A stretch of DNA of 64,000 bases from Macrostomum hystrix (taxonomy: Eukaryota; Animalia; Platyhelminthes). Shown in pieces: positions 25,201 to 36,100 of this stretch. The stretch is from positions 124,001 through 188,000 of the forward strand of contig CATNEN010000039.1 of the NCBI GenBank assembly GCA_950097015.1, written 5' to 3'. Within the stretch, counting starts at the first letter, position 1, and every line of letters begins with the position of its first letter. The position numbers were made by a program, and so were the translations under genes. The notes under the pieces are model-generated. The model made no database searches and was not told where the DNA came from. It was given only the letters and a program-made list of their open reading frames with translations.

Positions 25201-28200
25201 ATGGTTTCAATAGATGCGTCTAGATGTTTCTAAGACAATGACATGTCACTTGAAGCTGTGCATTTCAGATGTATAGTGTCGATTTTCATTTATAAAACGT
25301 AATTTTTTCATGCACACAAATAATGCAACCTTGAGTGAAAATTGTGCTAAATTGGTTAAGTTAATCGCACGTAAGTTTCGCATATAAATTGTGTGCCCAG
25401 CATTGAAATGAATATGGTGCTTTAGTCTTGGAAAGTTTAATTATCTGATGAAGTATAAATAGGAAGTAAGCAGTAATTAATGTAATAATAAAGACTGGTG
25501 ATTGAGGTCATAGACATTGACGCCCGAAATAGCCAGTGTCTATTGACATTGAAAACCGAACCAGAACCAGAAGTCCATTAATGACTGCTGCCAGTGCCAC
25601 CCATTTGAGACGCGGCAAAGTTGGCGGTCAATAATTTAGGCCATTAATGACCGCTGCTGATGTCTATGGCAAGCACCATGACAGACGAATCCTAGAGGTA
25701 AGAGAGAGAAAAAGTGCAGAGTGTGGAAAGAGAGCCCTCTTTGTCTATGGTCAAAATCAACACAACTCGAATCAGAGTGATATATTAAGACTGTTTTCCG
25801 CCCAGAGGGAATGGAATTTAATCTGATTTTGAACGAACCATTTTTGAGCCTACGTAGGACAGATTAAGATGGACGAGACATGCCCATATCCGACTGGTCT
25901 GCTTCATTTATCGCAAGGGGACGTCTGTGGCCTGACGATGGAACAGATTCAACAGAGAATGGAACGAGAGGCCGAGATGGAAAGAATGACGATAGAAATC
26001 CTGCCCGAGCTAGGAATGGAGTACGTGGATGAACTTCTGAAGGTATACGAAGACTCTGACATTGAGAATTTGGTTCAGGAGATGGATAATATGGAGTTGG
26101 AAAACGTACCGCGGGCTGCCAAACAGCACGAGAAATGGGCACTGCAACTGCTTGAGTCTATCACGGCGGAAAAGGGGAATGAGATGTGTTCTATCCGTTT
26201 GCACCACCGAAGAGGCGGCTGTTGCGCTTCGAGTTATGTACGCATTTGTGAGATGCAAGGACGGTGGGTATTTTTCTCCATCTAGTCTGGTATGTCTGCG
26301 GGCTGCGCTGTTTCGAGATCTACTGCGCAGGAGAAACTGGAACATTTTAGTCGACACCAAATTTGTACGTGCGAATGCAATGCTACGGATTGCGGCTGGC
26401 TTGCTTGTGAAGAACGGTTGTAGAACAAAACAGTTCGTCGCAATTGAGAAACCGGACGTTGAGAGGCTCAGAAGTGATTCATTTTCATGATGATGGAGGC
26501 ACAATCAGCACGAGCCAATAGAAGAAGGTGATTTACAGAAAATGTGTGCTTATTTTGACCGTTCTACAGCTGAACGGTTGCAAGATGAAGTACTATTTAC
26601 GCTGCTGTAAGTCCTGGGCGAGAGAGGTCAAGAACACCTGTCAAGTCTAAAGCAAGTTGGCACGCTCCAAGAAGAAGTCGACGCTGATGGGAATCCATAT
26701 CTTGCGTTGCCGCCGTTAAAGAAAAAACATCGATCCAACAAAATGCAAGGGAAATCAGCGCAAACAGAGTCGGATCTACGGCGCTCAGCGGGAGTTGATC
26801 CTGCATTATCAGAGTTTGTTACCGCAGAATTCGTCCTCGTTCTTTCCGCGCCCTCTGACTAACAATTAGGGAGGACAAATTCGCTTCTCTGCTACGCAAG
26901 TGCGCGGGGTTGGCTGCATTCATGAAGCACGTTAGTAGTGTGTGCAACCTCTCCAAGCAGTACACGAATCACTGCACACGCGTAACGCGTAGTGCGGATC
27001 TTTTCGACAAAGGAATGCCTATGGGTGAGATAATAACGGTAACGGGACAACGATCGGAGTCCACTGTTCGACGTTATCTCGCACGCAAGCGTGACAGAAC
27101 CCTCAGGAAGGTTGCTACCGCTGTTAGTGACAATTTGGCCCCACCAACCGCGGCGACTACGAGTGCAACCACTAGTGCAACAGTCATGCAGCAAGCTCAA
27201 GTTGACATGCGAAGTGTGCAACAGCCGATGTTTGCCAACTGCCTCTTCGATGGGTGCACGTTTAACTTCTAACAAAGAATATATAGCTCGTACTTATAAG
27301 TCTTAACTGTCGAAAATTAAATACTTTGATCTTCGTTTGCTTTGCTATATCCTCGATCTGTTTCCTGTTAAAGTTCTTGTTGCCTAAATGAATAAAAACA
27401 GTGAATTTCTCGCTTATAATACATGGCAAGTTATCGTGACTTAACAGCTTTATTAAAAAATGCATTAAAAAACTATAGTATATATGATAATGCTACGCAG
27501 CCTACTGTAGCGCTTGGCAGTGCTGAAGAGATGTCACTGTGGGAGCAGGGCATTCTTGTGATTCTAATCCTAAGCAACTGCTGTACACTGTCATCTTTAC
27601 GCTAGGCAAGGCTTTTGGCTTGCGTGGTGGTAGAGAACTACATGACGAAACCCGTGGGCCATACGGGAGAGTGTCAGACGATGATAGAGGCCGCCTTCTT
27701 GATGCTCATGTGAATGGGCAAGATTACCTTCAGCTCGCAAGACTGATGAATATAAATCGAGCCACAGCCTATTCCATCGTGCGATCTGGTCGTCGGGAAA
27801 AGAGACCCAGGGGCGGTAGAACGCATTCAAAGTTTGACGAGCAGATGGAGCAATACTGCCCCGAACTACTGGATGATAACCCTGTCCTTACACTCGCAGA
27901 GATTAAGGACTGCCTGCAAGCGAGGTTCCCCGAGAAGCCAAATGTATCAGTGACAACACTGAGCCGACATCTCGATGGTCTAGCATACACCGTTAAGCTG
28001 GTTCGGGACGTTGCTGCGGAGAGGAACTCGCCGGCTGTCTTAGCTTAGGGTGGGATGACTTTGGCAAGCTGGTCATCTCCAGGGATGAGACATGGATCCC
28101 ATTCTTTGATCCTGAGACAAAGGAAGAAAGTCACATTTGGGCAAAGAAGGGGTCAACTGCCCTTGTGAAGGCTCGGCGAGACCAGCATTCGAGGAAGGTC

Positions 28201-31138
28201 ATGTTGACGCTCTTCTTTGACCACTCTGGTCCACTGGCCATTGATTTTCTGGAAGAAGGAACAACTATTAATGCGGACTGCTACATCGCTAGCCTGACCA
28301 GACTAAAGGACGATGTGCGACCAGCGGCTTCAATCTGGTGAGAAGCACTGCTTCCTGCAACAGCAACACGACAACGCTCGGCCGAAAACAGCTGGAAAGA
28401 CAATGGAGAAGATTGACCACCTGAATTTTGAGCTGCTGCCTCATCCACCTTACTCGCCCGACTTATCACCTGCGGATTTTGCCATCTTTCCTCAAATAAA
28501 GAGGCTTCTTCGTGTTCGGGTGTCGCAGAGAATCGCAGAGAGCTCGAAGCACTGACTCGTCACGTCATCTTGCACAAAATGCCTCGTTCTTTGTTTTTTT
28601 GAGGCCATAAACGGCATGCGTTTAATGAGGCAGAAGTGTGTCCTGTTGAATGGGGACTACGTGGAGAAGCCCCAAGCTGAACTCGTTTAATATATTTTAA
28701 ATGTGACTGGTAAATGCCACGGAAATGACTAACCAGTTGATGCATTGTTTCATTATTCGATGTTTTATGATTTTCGATTTGAAGACATTTGAGGATATGT
28801 AACACTGGTGCTGACTTGCGCAGACACTTCATTGCAGCGCATGAAGGAAAAGTGATATCAACATGATTTCAACTACAGCTTATGAGTGACAAAGTTCCCT
28901 TTAATTTGACACCATGGATTACAATTTTATAGCTGCATTGAAGAACTGTGATATAAATTTCGGGAACTTTTGGGAAACCCCTCGTAGTCGATTTCGGGGG
29001 GCAGGAGATGTACTCGACTTTACACAATACTTTAAAACGGTCGACTCTAAAAAGCTCGGGATCCCACAGCCAGATTTTAAGCTAATCAGAGGCTGAACCT
29101 GGCATTTCTTGCGCTGAGCAGCCAGGAGAATCCTTTTGGTGTGGTCCAGCGTCAGCGATTCCTCATCGACAACCTCCTCGAAGCAGACGTTGAGACCGCC
29201 ATCCTTTTCGAACTCGTCGCGGCGCAGGAAGAGCTTGCTGCTGGAGAGCAAGGCCACGTCAGGCCAGTTCTGACTGCGCAGGTACTTGGCAACGGTTTTT
29301 GAGTAGGCTGCGAGACTTGGTACAGTGCGGAAGAAGTATGGGTAGGTTTCCACGTCGCTGTACACGACTGACTCGACTGTGGGCGAAACTACCACACTGC
29401 GCGTGTAGCTACTTAGCTCCGCGATGGGGCCCACGGTCTCTGAGCATGTGCCCGCGATCATACCGATGAGGGGCCTAGTAGGACTCGATGCACAGCTCAC
29501 CTGGCGGAGGCGGCAGGGGCGGATGAACTCTGCGTCACTCGCAGGTGCTTATTAATTATATTGTCAGTGTTAGCCGAAGCACTTACGTCAGAAAGAAATT
29601 GCAGAGCTTCAGCCTTGTCACAGTCCATTCCGCGAGCATCGAGGCGAACGCTGAGACCCACGGAGCGTAGATGGCACAGTGCCAGGCGGTACTGAGTGGT
29701 GGCACTCGCATTTGCGGTATCAACCAGCTCAGCAGCGCTGGCGTTCGCGGCGTGGAGAGAGACGGCGCTGGAGTTACAGAGCAGCTCTTCGTGGACCGTC
29801 CTGCGAGCCGCATCGAATACGGCCCGGTCAGTAAGCTTGGGGCCATGGGGCCACAGCAGGGCTAAAGTCAATGGCAGCGAGTCCTGGCTCATATGACGAA
29901 TGCCCCAAGGAGCCGGCAGCTGCTGTAGCGAAGATGCGAGCCAGCTGGATCCAGATTGGAATGAGGAGTGATTGTCAGCGAGACTCAATCAATCATAAAA
30001 TACACAAGATATTGCTGAAGTGAACTGAAGCAGAAGTGCATAGCGATGATAGCAGAGAATATTATCTACACCTTACTTCAAAATTCAGCAATGACTGCAG
30101 AAGACGGTTCGGCATGAGCAGGAAACGGGACTGGTACCAAGCGTAACTCACCCACACAACCCAGCAGCTTCGGCAGGCAATGTGTCAGACAACGAGAACT
30201 CGCGCAGGAAGTCAGCAAGCTGGCTGTCGAAGGCGGCCAGCCGGGTCAGAAGCAGCTTTTTATGTTGACGCTGGCTTCGTGAGAAGTGCGCGTAGCCACC
30301 GATAGATACGCTGGCGAAGTCGCGAATGTCACTGGCGCTGCCGCACTGATTTGCCATGAAAGACACAATAGGGAAGCTGGACTGTGCCTCGGCATCATCA
30401 CCGAAGCGCCGCAGTGGGCAGTCTGAGTGCTCCGGAGCCGCAAAATAATATCTGAAAACAGTAGAGTGGATGACATACCATTCTGACGGTTTTACTCGAA
30501 TGTCAGACTCTAGATACTTACGATTGACCATCTCGGAATAAGAAGCCGTAGTCTACGTAATTGTTTTCCGTTGATTGCAGCTCACTGAGCTTGATGGCAC
30601 AGGCAAATGGGTACAAGCAGCTGTCTGCCCGCACAACTCGGGCATCAGGGTAGCGGAAGATCTCCCGCAGCAGCACTGCTAAGGCCTCACCACGCAACTC
30701 ATCGCCTGGGCGAACCGCCACGGTAATCGGATTCGGAGAGTTGGCATCCGTTGAGTTGAAGAAGTACCTCTGCCGAGAAGAAATGTCTGCAGGTAGATTG
30801 GAGTCGGGTCTCATTAGAACCTGGTCAGATCAGAGTCGGTTAGATGTGTCGGGTCTCATAACAACCTGGTCAGATCAGAGTGGATTGCTGACCGACCGTT
30901 TGGTTAGTTTGGTTACGGACTAGTTTACAGCTACGTTTATAACATAAGCTACATCTTACGGATCCGTTTGGGGTCAGAGCCTTTTATCAAGCTGATTGCA
31001 TATATGTAACCTATGGTTTTGAGTGTCCTTACAATTAGCAATTTGATCATCCGAGGCGAGGTTGCAGTTGAGTAGTGCGCCTTGGGAGTACAATGCAAGT
31101 ATTTGCAAATGTAGAAGCAGCTGCGCCAATAGCTTCAT
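10211..31138 (-). CDS. VKR: Venus kinase receptor (VKR)-like receptor tyrosine kinase: signal peptide, Venus flytrap ectodomain, TM, insulin-receptor-like kinase
   Basis: Exons 31138-31033, 30786-~30530, ~30482-30152, 29944-29587, 29500-29099, 20055-19549, 19452-18955, 18584-18132, 18050-17554 and 10424-10211. All junctions are GT-AG and phase-matched except the one near 30500. VFT/ANF-receptor motif LIGMIAGTCSET...YSDVETYPYFFRTVPS; TM IVSLIVGVFLLCMTCLLCLFMCLL; kinase GKGCFGTVYGGE, CAVK, HRDLALRN, DFG, PVRWMPPES. Alternative ATG at 31168. Confidence 0.9.
10575..10782. repeat. 26-bp minisatellite in the last VKR intron (continues at 17208-17280 after the transposon)
   Basis: Unit GCCAGATACRGAGAGGTWGGTAGGCA, ~8 copies here plus ~2-3 degenerate copies after 17207. 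Confidence 0.9.
11443..12392 (-). mobile_element. Internally deleted mariner nested in the CACTA-like element
   Basis: TIR CGAGGTGCATTCAAAAAGTT with TA flanks (11441-2, 12393-4). The transposase N-terminus with WVPHLL (12232-11770) is joined out of frame to a C-terminal PYSPDLSP-CDFFLFP remnant, so most of the catalytic core is missing. Confidence 0.92.
12499..12710. repeat. 39-bp tandem repeat, ~5 copies
   Basis: GAGACCCAGGGCCCCGACGTCACCGCCGAAGACGGCGCATCT-type unit, reading ETQGPDVTAEDGAS on +. Confidence 0.9.
13218..14230 (+). CDS. Uncharacterised acidic-repeat ORF(s) inside the CACTA-like element, probably frameshifted
   Basis: ORFs 13218-13844 and 13706-14230 with a basic NLS-like RKRKR, 21-bp repeats (SASDGEP) and 24-bp repeats (PVGDAAQP). 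No family recognised. Confidence 0.35.
14891..16289 (+). pseudogene. BEN-domain protein gene (N-terminal beta-rich module, coiled coil, BEN domain), disrupted
   Basis: Open frame 15849-16289 reads ELLRTLYKAVFSTEELLTCSYTGRKSKR...VPSYKKRAIEGFV...WSTVF, matching the BEN pattern. Upstream are FWIVEYAEGD.../KVYRVRLLKGPY and coiled-coil ORFs 14898-15296 and 15304-15900, separated by frame breaks. Confidence 0.65.
18750..18900. repeat. ~29-bp degenerate tandem repeat in a VKR intron
   Basis: GACTAAGCTAATGTGCTTAGAGAACAATT-like unit, ~5 copies. Confidence 0.8.
21132..22459 (-). pseudogene. Crypton-type tyrosine recombinase (DUF3504/ZMYM-QRICH1-KCTD1-like), disrupted, with one intron
   Basis: FRYFYAHQRKANGMIYSRNTIVGIRAALFRY, LLYYFGNRGRE, KCPVRAFLLY, WYAKQPVGVNTL, LSRVYLAHCVR, TGHK. 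GT-AG intron at 21500-21412; stops and frameshifts present. Confidence 0.8.
23412..24604 (-). mobile_element. Non-autonomous LTR retrotransposon (TRIM-like), 1193 bp
   Basis: 263-bp direct repeats at 23412-23674 and 24342-24604 (TGTGGCGGA...TCCGCCTTA on -); 4-bp TSD TACC; PBS-like TGGTGAGCCCGACG; PPT GGGGGAAG; low-complexity interior with no pol. Confidence 0.9.
25869..27272 (+). pseudogene. Second Crypton-type tyrosine recombinase (DUF3504), disrupted
   Basis: LRVMYAFVRCKDGGYFSPSSLVCLRAALFR, YFDRSTAERLQDEVLF, GERGQE, LSKQYTNHCTR, VTGQRSESTVRRY, and C-terminal FANCLFDGCTFNF. Frameshifts and stops. Confidence 0.8.
27500..28048 (+). pseudogene. Fused fragments: third DUF3504 recombinase piece plus Tc1/IS630-type transposase N-terminus
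   Basis: EEMSLWEQGIL/DSNPKQLLYTVIFTLGKAFGLRGGRELH (to ~27647) runs in frame into HTH-like RGRLLDAHVNG...NINRATAYSIVR...PRGG...NPVLTLAEIK...SVTTLSRHL. Confidence 0.65.
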
Positions 31139-31359
31139 TTGTGACTTTCGGAGCTGAGTCTTCAGCATAGCAGCTTTAGCTCCATGCGCAGCTTCAGGGC
31201 CAAGATCTCAGGATAAGCAGGAATCAGTTGCAGTTAGGACGTTCAGCACTTAGTTCGAATTTTGCAACGTGTATCTGAGGCATCAACCAAATTCCTGACA
31301 TTTGGAGTCTGAAAAGATATTATTCTTATATATCTGAGGACTGGAACTAAAATCAAAAT

Positions 31360-31720
31360 CAATAAATTGGCAAAGGATCTGGAACTACGAGTAAAATAAC
31401 GTTGGAAGGGGTATCGGGGAGTATGACTGAAATATTGATTTTGAAACTGGCAACGGAACTGGAACTAAACTAATATTGGAGGGTATCGGGAGTATGACTA
31501 AATATTGATTTTAAAACTGGCAAAGGAACTATAACTAAACTAATATTGGAAAGGTATCGGGAGTATGACTGAAATATTGATTTTAAAACTGGCAAAGGAA
31601 CTATAACTAAACTAATATTGGAAAGGTATCGGGAGTATGACTAAAATATTTATTTTTAAACTAGCAACTGGAACTAAGAAAATCTTGGAAAGGGTATAGA
31701 GAGAATGACCAAAAGGTTAA
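31360..31720. repeat. ~72-bp tandem repeat upstream of the VKR start, 4-5 copies
   Basis: GGAACTATAACTAAACTAATATTGGAAAGGTATCGGGAGTATGACT... recurring, e.g. at 31525 and 31597. Confidence 0.85.
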
Positions 31721-32361
31721 ATTTTGAAACCGCCATCGGAAACTACACAAGCATGGAACTATAAGAGTTACGATATACGAGCGAACTCAACTAGAAACTG
31801 TTAAGAAACTGAGCCCAAACTAACCCTTACTTACTGATATTAAGAAGCATTTCTGTTGAATAAGCAATATATTGTTTAACAACAAGGATTGATAATCATA
31901 TGCTGTTTCACAATGAGACACAATGGTTGATGCAACTTTTTACTCTCACGAGAAGTAAAAACTATTCATTCGAAAATAATTCAGCGCATGCAGTTAATAC
32001 GGCATCATGAGGCATGTATAGGCACAGTTGAACACGAAGGCCTTGTCCATACACTCTTAATGGTTTGCATTGGAAGGTCTCAAGACTCTGGGCAAACTGA
32101 TTAATTGTAACATGGTAATTATACACTATAGTTACATAATAAGTGGAATATTTTAGTAGAATTATGAAAAGCTTGTACAAATTACATGCGCAAAATTTTA
32201 GGTAGCCCAGAAAAATTAGAGACATCTAGAAAAATAGGCATTTTCAAGATTGAATGAAAAAAACGAGAGAAGCGAAAACATTGCGATTGAGAAAAGCAAT
32301 TAAAGCATAATAAAATGCCATTAAAAGTTAACTGAAATCAGCGGTGCAGAAAATATTTATG

Positions 32362-32600
32362 GGGGTTTAGCCTAGTGGCTTGAGTGTCGCTCTCACGATT
32401 TAAAGGTCGGGGTTGGATTTCCGACTCCACTAGAACTATTTGTAACTTTTAGCAAGATGTTTAACTCTGAATTGCTTCAGTAAACCCAGCTGTTAAACGC
32501 GTACCAGCATTATTTGTGTACTGAATTGTTGTATGCAGACTTAAGATGCGCCGCAAGTCACTAGCTGTGTGACTTTGCAACAGCTATAAAAGCTTTAATT
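32362..32600 (+). mobile_element. Degenerate tRNA-derived SINE
   Basis: A-box TAGCCTAGTGG, degenerate B-box GGTTGGATTTCC, then AATTGCTTCAGTAAACCCAGCTGT resembling conserved SINE central domains. Confidence 0.5.
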
Positions 32601-33194
32601 GTTCACAATGCCATCAAATGACTTGTTTATTTTTCTGTGATGCGCAAATGAATGACCATAAAAAATAATGCACGATCCTACTTAGACTTCGTTTGATGGC
32701 TGTGTGAACGAGCGGAAATACGGAAAACTATTTTTACAGTCAGTAAATGATTTCATGTGAAAAAAATGCAGATTTGCGTGGCGATTACAGGCCCTGCCAA
32801 GAAACGTGTACTCAGCTCAGTCCTTAAAAATGCCAAGATGATGCGTTAGAAAGGCAAAACTATTCAGCTAATGTACATTAGATTTCTCAGCACGGAAGTT
32901 AACATGTAGCTTTCTATTTATGGTATTTAACAAGAGATGAGCTTAATGGGTGAATATTGTTAATTTCTAAGCACTTCCTATGTGATTGAAATAATAATAT
33001 ATATGTTACTGCGTATCGAAGCTCATCGATCAATTCGCATAACTAAAACCATTCACAACTTAAATAATCACAACTGGCTGTTTCGCTGTCAACTTAAAAG
33101 GTAGTTAATACAAAGAGTATGAACAGTGGAGCCAACATGTTCGCATAGGGAGCAAGCACAGGTAAGGAAGGCAGAACTTGTCGGTAAATAAATT

Positions 33195-36100
33195 CTACGA
33201 CGTATGGCGGGCTCTCTTTTGCGGTGGCTCACCGCGACAGCCAGGCTGATCCGCAGCCGCCACTTCGGCGGGACTAAGTCGCTTCAAGCGGACCAAGCAC
33301 TCTCGGGTGTGCGACCGGACAAGATGGCAAGTGAGCGGCAGGCCTACCTGGAAAGTCTCCTGACAAACGGCGCACCTGAGGCAATTGAGTTAAAAAGGAT
33401 AATTGGATCATTGTTGTCTACAAGCATGGCCTCGTCAACAGAAGCTCAAGGTTCAAGCACCATGCAAAAACGCTTCTTACCGCTCTCTCTCCGTAGCATG
33501 CTCTCTTAGCAAGTGTGCCACCCAAGCCTCTTTAGTGGGTAGAAGTACAGCAGCGCCACCATTACAGCAGCGGTGACAGCGATAGCTGTGGTTCTCAGTT
33601 AGCATGTGGTCGCGCAGTTGCATATCAGTTGCGAAACAACGACAGCAAGCCGGACAATCACGCGGCGCTCGACCGACTCCTGGGCGGGGTGCAAGCGAAA
33701 CGGTGCCACTTGGGCCAAGCGAGACGACCAGGCCATGGCCAGAGGCCAGATGCCGCAGCAGTTGTCCAGTCGCGCCAGCTGAGGCAACGCACACTGGACA
33801 CACACCTCGGGAGATGAGCGAGCGCAACTCGCGCGGATGCCGTTCAACCAGATGGCCCAGCAGACAGTGCTGAGCCAAGTCGAAGGGCCGCTGGCAGAAG
33901 GCGCACAACCGACCGATTGGGCAGCCGACGCCACCTCCGCCCAGCCTGTGCACCTCGAGGCCGTACCGTGTGACGAATCCCCGGCCGCAGTCGGGACAAG
34001 CGGCACCGCAGCCGTTAGTTATAGAAGCAGCAACTCTGTGCATAAGCTGCTGCTGCTGCTGCTTCTGCTTGTTACCGTCGCAACAACCTAAGGCGTCGGG
34101 ATGAGCAGCAGCCAGGTGAGCAGCCAGGGCGGAAGCGTTGTTGCATAAGCCGTTGCACAGCTCACAGTGGACGACAATGCGCGGTACCTGATGGCCTAGG
34201 GCAGCGGCCTTGACGGGGCCACAGATGCGCAGCGGGGCGGCCACACGTGGAGTGAATGAGCCGAGCGGGGCTGGCCTGCGCATGGAAGCAATTTTACTAT
34301 AAATATAAATAATACCGACAATGATGAATGTTAATCATCAGTCATATATGCTGCTTTTTCATATCGGATCTTCTGAGTTGCACTGTCATCAGTTATATGG
34401 TTTAGTAAAAAAGGAAAAAAATCCTCTAGCAAACGGGGGTCAGTCATTAATACAACCACAAGTGCACGCAGCCGGTAATTAAGAGACAGCACAGAAATTT
34501 ACCACCGCCTAAACCCGTTAGCACTAACGGAGTCCGTTTGAAAATGTACAACTTTTCATTTAATATATATACATACTTGATACTTGATAGCAGCACCAAA
34601 AAAAGGAGTGATTCATAACTTACACTGAGCATTTACACTGTGCATAAACTATCTAGAATTTCATCATTTCATTGTAGCCTAGTTTTTTCTAAAGCTATCG
34701 TTTGACAGCCAGACAAGCAAATGGCTGCTCCTCTGCCGCCTACCTAGAGCTGTACAAGCCATCAGGTCGCCCGATAGACTGTATCTGCAGCTGGTCCTGC
34801 CTGGCCTGCTGATGCGGAACAGCCTTTAGTTTCTCATCCGCACCAGCTACCGGGGTAACGGCTGTGGCAGCTAGCGCCGGGCTTGTGGCTTGGCACTGTC
34901 GGAAGCTGCCCTTCGGCATGACAATCTGGCGGCCACGAAAGGTGCCGGGAATGAGACGTCCGTGCAGCTCAGAGACGCCGAACTGTTGCAGACTGTCAAG
35001 CCGAAAGCAGCAGTTCAAATCAGTCGCGGGCTCTGGAACTAGTAGCGTCGGGTGCAGCTGCCAGCTGCCATCACCGGTGGCAGCAGCGGCAGCGGTGCAG
35101 ATCGGAAGGTGACGATAGAACACAGCCGGTGTTGCTGCACTGAAGAAGCAAAAACTGCAGGCGTAGGCAGATGGCTTGTCCTCGGGCATACCAACCAGAC
35201 AGTGCATTCGCCCCATGTGCTGCCTGCAGGTGTGACAGTACTTTTGGGTGAGTGTAACTGCAGTGCCCGCTGCAAAATTTAGATGCCACAACTCGTAGAA
35301 CCAGATTGCAAAATTAGTAACACTCAAATCCCAAGTCTAAGCCTAGCTATAAATGCCTTGCTGGTTTACACTACCTGAAAGCCTGCCCGTCGCGGGTACC
35401 GTATCGGTCCAACGCACATGAGTAGACGCCATCATCACTGAGGTGGCCCCTCTGGTAGTGTAACAAAACCGACAGTTCCGTGTCGCCTCGAAATGAGCAA
35501 GAGCGGCAGCGAAACCTAAACGGTGCCAGAAGGTGGTCCACGCAGGGCAGGCCGTCTGTCTGTGACTTGGACGTTCCGGTTGGCTCGTTTTCTGGATAGA
35601 TCGTCTGCACCAGGGCGAGCCCTGTGTCAAACAGGAAGCGAGCAGTTGGCCGTAGCTGCTCCAGGCCATTGCATCCTGTAGGCTCAGATGCCACTAGCTG
35701 CAGTCGCTTCTGGTGTGCGAATAAGTCGCCTACCCGGTGTGGCACCTGGCTGTAGCTTAGCACCACTCGCTCTTCATCGGGGCGCAGGGCTGCTTCGCCT
35801 TCAGTAAGAGCCGAATGACGCAATGGTACGATAGGCAATGCTGACTTCTGCGTATGTCGCAGAACTGAAGGTGGTGTATGTTGCAGAGGTGAAGGTGGAG
35901 GATCTTGAAGAGGTGAAGGTGGCGGATGTTGTAGAGGTGAAGGCGGCGGATGTTGCAGAGCTGAAAGTGGTGGATGGCGCATAGGTGAAGGTGGCAGATA
36001 ATGCAGAGATAAAGGTCGATGACGTTGATTTAAAGGACGCGAATAACGTGGATCAGAAGGCTGCGAATGATGCTGATGCAGAGATGAAGATAGATGATGT

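Larger units (their letters stand above)
20615..28984 (+). mobile_element. Mariner-type element with ~200-bp TIRs, expanded to 8.4 kb by internal insertions
   Basis: Inverted repeats at 20615-~20820 and ~28782-28984 (CGAnGGGTnTCCCAAAAGTTCCC...). TA on the right, TG on the left. Transposase C-half at 28050-28680: RDETWIPFFDPE, KVMLTLFFD, HDNARP, HPPYSPDLSPADF. Confidence 0.8.

Noticed and set aside
29475-29500. Ultra-short 26-nt intron in VKR
   Set aside because: A better model uses donor GAC|GTAAGT (29586) and acceptor CCAG|GTG (29501), giving an ordinary 86-nt phase-0 intron.
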